In this document: positions 56,820-64,000 of the stretch, one piece after another
How the letters are laid out: each line of letters opens with the position of its first letter
How positions within the stretch are numbered: the first letter of the stretch is position 1
Assembly: GCA_963752285.1 (NCBI GenBank)
Contig: CAVVXN010000003.1
Span: 160,001-224,000, forward strand
Direction: 5' to 3'
DNA: 64,000 bases
Origin: an uncultured Planctomycetota bacterium
GTDB lineage: Bacteria > Planctomycetota > PLA2 > JAEUHO01
Notes under the pieces: model-generated
The model's input: only the letters and a program-made list of their open reading frames with translations
What the model was told of the DNA's origin: nothing
Database searches by the model: none
Made by a program: the position numbers and the translations under genes

Positions 56820-58657
56820 CGAGATCGTCGCACCGCCGACCGCGGGGCCTCGCCGACCGGCCCTTCGTGCTGTTCGGACTGCTCCTCCTCGTGCCCGCGG
56901 TGGGCTTCGGGCTGCTCGGATGGCGGAGCGTGGAGCGCGAGCGCGACGCGCACGCGCGCGAGATCGCGAGCGAGGCGCGCGACGTGGTGGAGCGACGGCT
57001 CCAGGACGTGGCGGCCGGCCTCCGCACGCTCGAGGCGCGCGAGAGCGACCGCCCCTACTACGCGTACCAGTCGCAGTTCGCGCCCGAGGAGACGATCTTC
57101 CAGCAGCTCGACTTCCAGCCGAGCCCGCTCACGAAGGCGCCCGAGGACCCGCGCGTCCTGGGCTGGTTCCAGTGGGAGCTCGGCGCGAAGGGCGTCTTCT
57201 CGGGTCCGGAGGTGTTCGGCCCGGAGACCGCGGCGTGGGCGCCCGCGCTGGGCGCGGTCTACGGCCCCGCGCTCGAGGCGCGTCTCGCCGCCGCGCCGGG
57301 CAGCGTGGACCTGCGCGGCGCGCGGCGGGTGGACCACCCGCTCCGCGTGGTGAAGGCCAACGAGGAGCGCGGTCAGCTGATCGAGGAGATCCAGCTCCTG
57401 CAGAACCAGCAGCGCCTGGCGAAGGACGAGTCCGAGAAGAAGAGCTCGTACCTCGACACGTTCTCCCGCCGCGCCACCGACGCGCCGGTCCCCGTGCGCT
57501 ACGGCGCGTTCCGCTACCTCGCCCGGCCGGCCGGGCTCGACGGCCCGCCGCTCGTCGCCTGGCGGCTCGTGTGGATCCCCGGCGTCTACGCGGAGCAGCG
57601 CGAGGTCCGTCGGGACCGCTGGCTCCTCCAGGGCTACGCGCTGGACCCGGGGAACGCGCTTCCGACCGTCTGGGAGCCCGTCGGCAGCGTCCGGATCGTC
57701 CGCGCGGACCTCGCCGGGAGCGCGCCCGCGGAGGGCCGTCGCGACGACTCCGTGGCGAGCGTGCTCGGCGCGACGGTCCTCCCGTCCGGGGACGGCGTGC
57801 TTCGTCCCGACCCCCGGCTCTCCCTCGTGGCGGTTCCGAACCAGGCCGTGATCGAGGGCGCCTACGCCGACGCGCGCGCGCGGTTCCTCTGGCTGCTCGC
57901 GAGCGTCGTCGCGGTCGTGGGCGTGGGGTTCTTCGTGCTGACGCGCGGTCTGCGCCGGGAGGTGGCCCTCGCGCGACAAAAGGAAGACTTCCTCGCGGCG
58001 GTGACGCACGAGCTGAAGACGCCCCTCGCGGCGATCCGCATGCACGCCGACATGCTGCGGGAGGGGTGGGTCGCCGATCCGGACGCCGCGGTGCGGTACG
58101 CCTCCCGGATCCTCGACGAGACGGACCGTCTCGGCCATCTCGTGGACCAGGTCCTGGACCTCGCGGCGCTCGAGCGCGGCGTGGCGCGGGCGCACGCGGT
58201 GCCGGGCGACCTCGCGGCCTGTGTCCGCGACGCGGCGTCGCTCGTCGAGGCGCGCGTCGCGGCGAGGGGCGCGCGCCTCTCGATCGAGACGGCGGCCGAC
58301 CTCCCGCTCGTCGCCTTCGACCCACGTCTCGTCCGCCCGCTCGTCCTGAACCTCCTCGACAACGCGCTGAAGTACGGTCTCACCGACGACGCGCGCGAGA
58401 TCCGCGTCGTGCTCTCGCGCGAGAGCGACGCGGTCCTCCTCGCGGTCGCCGACCGCGGGCCGGGCATCGACCCGTCGATCCGGCGGCGGCTCTTCGAGCC
58501 GTTCCTCCGCGCGGGCGACGAGATGACGCGCACCGCGCCGGGGGTGGGCATCGGTCTGGCGCTCGTGAAGCGCTATGCGGTCGCGCACGACGCCCGGATC
58601 GGGATTTCGAGCGACCCGGGGCTCGGCACCCGCGTCGAGGTCCGCTTCCCCCTCTGA
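56816..58657 (+). CDS. Membrane sensor histidine kinase
   Basis: Two TM helices around a large periplasmic domain; THELKTPL, NLLDNALKY, DRGPGI and GVGIGL; GTGA overlap. Confidence 0.93.
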   Translation: MTRSSHRRPRGLADRPFVLFGLLLLVPAVGFGLLGWRSVERERDAHAREIASEARDVVERRLQDVAAGLRTLEARESDRPYYAYQSQFAPEETIFQQLDFQPSPLTKAPEDPRVLGWFQWELGAKGVFSGPEVFGPETAAWAPALGAVYGPALEARLAAAPGSVDLRGARRVDHPLRVVKANEERGQLIEEIQLLQNQQRLAKDESEKKSSYLDTFSRRATDAPVPVRYGAFRYLARPAGLDGPPLVAWRLVWIPGVYAEQREVRRDRWLLQGYALDPGNALPTVWEPVGSVRIVRADLAGSAPAEGRRDDSVASVLGATVLPSGDGVLRPDPRLSLVAVPNQAVIEGAYADARARFLWLLASVVAVVGVGFFVLTRGLRREVALARQKEDFLAAVTHELKTPLAAIRMHADMLREGWVADPDAAVRYASRILDETDRLGHLVDQVLDLAALERGVARAHAVPGDLAACVRDAASLVEARVAARGARLSIETAADLPLVAFDPRLVRPLVLNLLDNALKYGLTDDAREIRVVLSRESDAVLLAVADRGPGIDPSIRRRLFEPFLRAGDEMTRTAPGVGIGLALVKRYAVAHDARIGISSDPGLGTRVEVRFPL

Positions 58658-58818
58658 ACGGGTCCCGGGGTGATTTGCGGGTTTCGAGGCAGAAGGCCCG
58701 GCCGGCGGGCGCGCGCGTGGACCATCGGGGATAGAATCGTGACGTCCCGTCGCACCCCCGGCGCCTGCCGTTCCCGCCGGAGCTCCTCCTGGATGCCATC
58801 ACGTGCCATCGGCTGCGG

Positions 58819-59586
58819 ATGTTGGGGGCCCTCGAGCCGTCGCTCTGCTCGCTACCGCTCGAGGAACGACTCTCGCGCGTGTACCGCGCCTTCGTGGACC
58901 GTCTGCCGTTCGAGAACCTCTCCAATCACCGCGCGTGCAGCGCGGCGCCGGCCGATCCCGACGCGTGGCCGCGCGCGACGGACCGCGTGCTCCGCGACCA
59001 CCTCTCGTGCGGGCTCGGCGGCACCTCCTTCTCGCTCGCCTACGCCCTGCGCGACCTGCTGCACGGCGTGGGCGGGAACGCGCACCTCGCGCTCGGGAGG
59101 AACCTGGTCACCGAGGAGATGCACGCGGCCGTCCTCGTGTTCCTCGACTCCGGGCCCGTCCTCTTCGACGCGTCGATCCTCGCCTCCGGTGCCGTGCCGG
59201 TACACCCCGGCGGCGCGCTCGAGGACCCTCTCGGCCGCGTCCGCCTGGAGCCCTGCCGCGGCGCGACGTTGACGCTCGTGATCGCGCGTGCGGGCGCGGA
59301 CCGGCCCCGGGCCGCGTACGCCCTCGCGCCCGCGCCGTCGCCTCCGCACCGCTTCCGCGCGGCGTGGGTCGCGTCGTTCGAGCGCGGGCGCCGCCGACCC
59401 CTGCGCCTCGCGCGGCGCGTGGGAGACGTCATCCGCAGGTACACGCAATCGTCCTCGCGCCTCGAGGTGCTCACGCCCGGCGGCATCGAGACGCGTCGGC
59501 TCGGCACGGCGCCCGTGGACGAGCTGCACGAGCTCTTCGGGATCCGCGCGGACTGCCTCACGGAGTGGTTCGCCCTGGCCGGCTGA
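58819..59586 (+). CDS. Arylamine N-acetyltransferase-fold protein with Ser at the catalytic Cys position
   Basis: PFENL, GLGGTSFSL (canonical GGxC), MHAAVLV and LFDAS motifs. Confidence 0.72.
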   Translation: MLGALEPSLCSLPLEERLSRVYRAFVDRLPFENLSNHRACSAAPADPDAWPRATDRVLRDHLSCGLGGTSFSLAYALRDLLHGVGGNAHLALGRNLVTEEMHAAVLVFLDSGPVLFDASILASGAVPVHPGGALEDPLGRVRLEPCRGATLTLVIARAGADRPRAAYALAPAPSPPHRFRAAWVASFERGRRRPLRLARRVGDVIRRYTQSSSRLEVLTPGGIETRRLGTAPVDELHELFGIRADCLTEWFALAG

Positions 59587-59609
59587 GGACCCCGGGCGGG
59601 AGCCCGCGG

Positions 59610-62492
59610 CTACTGCACGCGCTTCACGCCGACCCGGACGAGGACCACGCGGCCCGTCCCCTCGGGCGCCGGCAGGGTCAGCAGGAGCGACTGGCCGTCT
59701 CCGAGCGGCGGCGCGGCCGTCCGGGACTGGACGGGGTAGTGGCGCGGGACGGTCACCTGCGCGGCGCTCGAGCCCAGCGTGGGCAGGGCCACGCGTTCGA
59801 GCGACTTCAGGCGCGCGGCGAGGGCCTCCACGCGCACGAGGCGGCGTCCGTTCTCGTCGAGGTCCGGGCGGACCAGCACGACGATGCCCTCCTCGGCGAC
59901 GCCGTTCACGGGCGTGTAGCGCATCTCGCCGCCCGGATCCCGCCAGAAGCGGATGTCCTCGACGATCCGGACGGTGTGCAGGTTGCTCGCGGCGACCTTC
60001 TGCGTGGCGCGGGCCAGCAGTCTCGACTGCAGCGCGTACAGGCCGCCCGTGGCGCTGAGCGCCCGCATGCGCTGGTCGAGCGCCGTCTCCGCCTCCTCGT
60101 CCAGCAGGAGGTACGCGCCGGGGAGGTTCGACCACGTCGTCGCCTTCCCGAGGCGGAGGAGCTCGGCGAGCGTCTCCTCCGTCACCTCGGCGCTCGTGAC
60201 CTCGACGTCGTAGAGCGTGAGGTCGGCGGCGCGGAGACGGTCCACCGCCGCCTTGAGGCGCTCCTGCTGCTCGGGGAGGAGCGTCGCGCGGGCGACGTCG
60301 CCGGTCACCGTGACGGGGCTCTCCGCGCCGTCCGTGGCCAGGCCCGACCACGCGCCGCCCAGCTCGCTCGCGAGGTACCGCTCGCGCGCGCGCCGCTCCG
60401 TCGCGAGGGGGACGGGCACGGTCATCGGGCGCTGCGGCCAGCTCGCGGCGATCAGGTCGTCCACGACCTCCGTGGCGAGAGGGCCGAGGGCGTACTCGCG
60501 CTCCTCCGGTCCGCTCGGCGCGGGCTGCGGGGCGAGCGGCACGTCGGGCACCGGGACGTCGGCGGTCCCGTGCCGCACGGGACGTGCGCCGGCGAGCACG
60601 ACGAGGCCGGGGAACTCCGTCGCGGAGCCGGGGAACGGGTTCGCGAGGCCCAGCAGGACGAGCGTGCCGCTGTGGGGCACGACGTCCGCGGCCTCCACGG
60701 TCTGCTCGGCCATCGGTCGCGCGAGTCGCGCCCAGTCGCCGCCCGCGTTCGCCTTCGGCACGACGACCGATCCGAGCGGAACGCGTCGAGTCGCGGAGAG
60801 GCCGAGCGCGGCGACCGGCGCGCCGGGAGCGTGCGGCAGGTCCTCCGAGTAGACCTCGAGCCAGACGCCGTACCGCGCCTCGTCGGGCCCGAGCACGAGC
60901 GACGGCGCCGGCTCGTCGGCGAACACGGGGTTCTCGTCGGACCGCTGCGTGATCTCCACCGTGGCCGAGGGACGGCCCCCGAGCGTGAGTCGTGTGGTCC
61001 CGAGCAGCCTCACGCCCTCGAGCGGCTGGACCGACGCGAGGCACTCTTCGAAGAGCCGGTTCGAGACGACGAGGTCGAAGCCCGACTCGCGGGGCGTGGC
61101 CTTGAGGCCGAGGCGCGTGGCGAGGCGCGTGCCGCCCGCCGAGGTGGAGAGGAGCACGGCGATGTCCACGGCCATCGGCGGCGCATCGGGCGCGAAGCCC
61201 TGCAAAAGGTCCTCGACCCGCTTGTGCGCGGCGCGGTTGTTCTGGACGATCAGCGCGTCGCCGAAGCGGCTGAGGATGCGCTGCGGGCCCCCGGGGTTCG
61301 GGGACTCCGACCAGCCCGTGCCGACGTTCTGCCGGATCCAGCGCTCCGCCCACCACGCCCGCACCAGCCCGCCTGGCGCCCGCGTCACCGAGAGGCCCTC
61401 GGGGAACGCGCCGGCCACGAGCGCGGCCTCCTTCGCGTCGGGGGGGACGGGCGGAGGGCGCGCGTCGTAGATGACGAGCGGGTCCTCCTCCTCGGGTCGC
61501 GGCGTGAACACCTCGCTCAGGAGGTCGTAGAAGCGGCGTCGCCAGCCCGCCACCGCGGTCGTGGGGTCGGGGAACGGGGGCTCGTGCCCGAGGTCGAGCC
61601 CGCGGTGACGACCGTCCTCGATCGTCCGCCGGAGCCACACGAGGACGTAGGCCCGCTCCTCGCGGAGGTCCGGCAGGAACTCGCTCGCGTCGATCTTCTC
61701 GATCGCCGACTGGAACCGGTCGGCCGCGCCGGAGAGGTCCTCGGCCTTGTAGCGGTCGATCCCCTCCCGCGCGAGGCGCTCCACCTCCGTCCGGAGGCGT
61801 CGGAAGCCCTGGACGTGCTTCGTCTCGGCGAAGCGCAGCAGCTGCCGGAGCAGGTCGCCCCGGTCGGGCATCGCCTTGTTGATGCGGGCGAGGAGGAGGT
61901 CGGCGTCCGGGTTCTCGGGCAGGAGGTTCTTCGCGTCCAGACAGAGCTGCCGCGCGAGCTCGAGCCGTCCCTCGTCGTACGCGCGACGCGCCTGCTCGAC
62001 GAGACCCCGGGCCTCCTCCCGCTTCTGCTCCTCGATGCGCTGGAGGGCGGCGTCCACGAGCTGCCTCTGGTCCACGGACGGGTGCGCGGCGGCGCTGGCG
62101 GCGCGGGCCTTCTCGGCCTCCTCGCGCACTTCGGCGGGCAGCGTCGTGTCGCCGTGGATCGTGTCCCAGATGGCGACGGCCTCGTCGGTCCGGGACAGGA
62201 GGACCAGACACCTCGCCTCGCCGAGCAGCGCGGCGCCCCGGTGCTCCGGGTCGAGGGTGGGCTCCGCGAGCAGCTGCACGTACGTCCCGAGCGCCTTCGC
62301 CGCGTCGCCCTCGGTGTGCTCCTGGTATCGCGCCTGGCTCAGCAGACGGTCGAGGCGCGCGCCCGAGTCGGCGTCGTCGGCGCGCGCGCCGACGGCGGCC
62401 AGGGCGAGGAGGGCCGGCACGAGCCACCCGGCCGAGCGCCGTCGGAGAACGGGGGGCAAGCTCCGGGTCGGGCTGCGCGGCACGGCCGTCAT
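59610..62492 (-). CDS. Large exported TPR protein with two N3+secretin-like modules
   Basis: Signal peptide ending GARA; TPR helices; N3-like GDALIVQNNRAAHKRVEDLL and ARATLLPEQQERLKAAVDRL; secretin-like GIVVLVRP, VPHSGTLVL and LGDGQSLLL. Confidence 0.62.
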   Translation of the reverse strand: MTAVPRSPTRSLPPVLRRRSAGWLVPALLALAAVGARADDADSGARLDRLLSQARYQEHTEGDAAKALGTYVQLLAEPTLDPEHRGAALLGEARCLVLLSRTDEAVAIWDTIHGDTTLPAEVREEAEKARAASAAAHPSVDQRQLVDAALQRIEEQKREEARGLVEQARRAYDEGRLELARQLCLDAKNLLPENPDADLLLARINKAMPDRGDLLRQLLRFAETKHVQGFRRLRTEVERLAREGIDRYKAEDLSGAADRFQSAIEKIDASEFLPDLREERAYVLVWLRRTIEDGRHRGLDLGHEPPFPDPTTAVAGWRRRFYDLLSEVFTPRPEEEDPLVIYDARPPPVPPDAKEAALVAGAFPEGLSVTRAPGGLVRAWWAERWIRQNVGTGWSESPNPGGPQRILSRFGDALIVQNNRAAHKRVEDLLQGFAPDAPPMAVDIAVLLSTSAGGTRLATRLGLKATPRESGFDLVVSNRLFEECLASVQPLEGVRLLGTTRLTLGGRPSATVEITQRSDENPVFADEPAPSLVLGPDEARYGVWLEVYSEDLPHAPGAPVAALGLSATRRVPLGSVVVPKANAGGDWARLARPMAEQTVEAADVVPHSGTLVLLGLANPFPGSATEFPGLVVLAGARPVRHGTADVPVPDVPLAPQPAPSGPEEREYALGPLATEVVDDLIAASWPQRPMTVPVPLATERRARERYLASELGGAWSGLATDGAESPVTVTGDVARATLLPEQQERLKAAVDRLRAADLTLYDVEVTSAEVTEETLAELLRLGKATTWSNLPGAYLLLDEEAETALDQRMRALSATGGLYALQSRLLARATQKVAASNLHTVRIVEDIRFWRDPGGEMRYTPVNGVAEEGIVVLVRPDLDENGRRLVRVEALAARLKSLERVALPTLGSSAAQVTVPRHYPVQSRTAAPPLGDGQSLLLTLPAPEGTGRVVLVRVGVKRVQ

Positions 62493-63184
62493 GCGTAGCA
62501 CGAACCGGGGCGTTCCGCCCCCCGTGGTCCCAGCCCCGCCGCGATCCGGCGGACCGCCGCCGCGGGGTCGGCGGCGAGGAGGACCCCCGCGCCGACCGCG
62601 GCCCGCAGGGCGCCCGCGCGGCCCAGGGCGGCCGCGTTCCCGGGCGTCACGCCTCCGATCGGGAACACGGGGAGGTCGCCCGCCGCCGCGAGCGCGGCGG
62701 CGACGAGGCCGGGACCTCCCGGCGCCCGTGCGAGGCGCTTCGACCGCGAGGGGAAACAGGGGCCGAGACCCGCGTAGTCGGCGCCGCGCACCGCAGCGGT
62801 CCGGACCTCCGAGGCGTCGTGGGTCGAGAGGCCGAGCAGCAGGCGCGCTCCGAGCGCCTCGCGCGCGCGCTCCGGGGCGAGGTCGTCCTCGCCGACGTGC
62901 GCGCCGTCGGCGCCGGCGTCCGGGACGAGGTGGACGCGGTCGTTCACGATCACCAGCGCCCCGGCCGCCCGCGCGAGCCGGCCCACGCGCTCGGCGAGAC
63001 GTAGGAACGTGGGGTCGTCGGCCCGCTTCTCGCGCACCTGGACCATCCCGACGAGGCCCGTCGCGAGCGCGCGCTCGAGCGCCGCCTCCCACCGGGGGCC
63101 GTGTGCGGCCGGCGTGACGACGACGTAGACCGTCGTCGCCAGGAGACGCTGCCGCAGCGAGGTGCCGTCCGCGTCGTCGCGCAT
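62489..63184 (-). CDS. thiE: Thiamine-phosphate synthase
   Basis: VQVREK, LVIVNDR, GAHVGEDD, GLSTH, DYAGLGP, SRSK and IGGV motifs. Confidence 0.92.
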   Translation of the reverse strand: MRDDADGTSLRQRLLATTVYVVVTPAAHGPRWEAALERALATGLVGMVQVREKRADDPTFLRLAERVGRLARAAGALVIVNDRVHLVPDAGADGAHVGEDDLAPERAREALGARLLLGLSTHDASEVRTAAVRGADYAGLGPCFPSRSKRLARAPGGPGLVAAALAAAGDLPVFPIGGVTPGNAAALGRAGALRAAVGAGVLLAADPAAAVRRIAAGLGPRGAERPGSCYA

Positions 63185-63221
63185 GGGGCGAGGCTACCAA
63201 GAGCGGACCGCGCGCCTCGCG

Positions 63222-64000
63222 TCAGAGGAGGACGAACGCGACCAGCACGTAGAGCGGGCCGAGGATCGCGAGCGACCAGAGCATGTAGCCGAAGAACGAC
63301 GGCATCCGCTGGCCCGCGCGCTCCGCGATCGCCTTGACCATGAAGTTCGGTCCGTTGCCGATGTACGTCATGGCGCCCATGAACACGGCGCCGAGCGAGA
63401 TCGCCACGAGGAACGTCTCGGGAACCGCGCCGCGCGTCATGTGGATGAGCGGGCCGCCGGCGGGAAGCGCGGCCTCGACGCCGGCGGCGACGGTCACGAA
63501 GGTCAGGTACGTCGGCGCGTTGTCGAGGAACGAGGAGAGGCTCCCGGTCGCGAAGAAGAAGTGCCACGGCTCGCGGAGGCCGAGCGCGGCGCCGTGCACC
63601 TGCAGGTACTGCAACGCCGGCACCATCGCGACGAAGATCCCCACGAAGAGCACGGCGACCTCGAGGATCGGGTCCCAAGAGAAGGCGTTCGACTCCCGGA
63701 TCTCCTTCGGGGTGCTCCAGTACGCGAGGAGCGCCATCAGGAGCATGCCGAGCACCTGATAGGCCTCGTGCAGGTGGAGGAGACCGGGCAGCACGATCGC
63801 GGCCATGATGCCGAGGAGGAACACCACGTTGTGGAGGCCCCGGACCCGGACGGGCTCGATGCGGGTCTCGTCGAGGCGGACGTCCTCGGGCCGCTCCCGC
63901 CGGTACTGGACGCTGTCGATGATCCAGAAGATCAGGAGGAGGACCGAGAGCATCATCGCCCACTCCTTCCACAGCCCGAGGGTCCACGAGAAGGGGACGC
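63222..64000 (-). CDS. Putative Na+/H+ antiporter / ion-transporter superfamily membrane protein (5' partial)
   Basis: Polytopic protein with SSFLDNAPTYLTF and ISLGAVFMGAMTYIGNGPNFMVK; frame open to the window edge. Confidence 0.8.
   Translation of the reverse strand, partial: VPFSWTLGLWKEWAMMLSVLLLIFWIIDSVQYRRERPEDVRLDETRIEPVRVRGLHNVVFLLGIMAAIVLPGLLHLHEAYQVLGMLLMALLAYWSTPKEIRESNAFSWDPILEVAVLFVGIFVAMVPALQYLQVHGAALGLREPWHFFFATGSLSSFLDNAPTYLTFVTVAAGVEAALPAGGPLIHMTRGAVPETFLVAISLGAVFMGAMTYIGNGPNFMVKAIAERAGQRMPSFFGYMLWSLAILGPLYVLVAFVLL

Overview
Very GC-rich, densely coding bacterial window, most likely from a Planctomycetota genome (planctomycete-type ECF sigma/Ser-Thr kinase pair, DUF1501 plus DUF1549/DUF1553 pair, double-length UvrA). 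I can support about 45 CDS. I found no rRNA, tRNA, CRISPR array or mobile element. Main blocks in order: uvrA-add-lipoprotein; a Tat-exported PaoABC-like molybdoenzyme with a small Cys-rich fourth gene; ECF sigma plus kinase; a Met gamma-lyase-like gene; a Hyf-like (Ehr) membrane complex whose large subunit lacks all NiFe cysteines and whose operon contains an HTH-PTS EIIA gene, followed by a DUF318 permease-ZnuA fusion and znuCB; a SWIM-SNF2 helicase; a ferritin-like gene; methyltransferase, TPR, GNAT and lnt genes; the DUF1501/1549 pair; a DEAD-box helicase; a DUF523 (TudS)-methyltransferase fusion coupled to dtd; an ECF/HEAT anti-sigma/secretin-like cluster; a VIT-vWA gene with a two-component system; an NAT-fold protein with catalytic Cys replaced by Ser; a second secretin-like gene; thiE; and an antiporter. 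The best candidate for an undescribed system is the pair of orphan proteins that each carry two tandem N3+secretin-like modules, one of them directly behind an ECF sigma and HEAT-repeat anti-sigma. All calls come from reading motifs by eye; no database searches were run.
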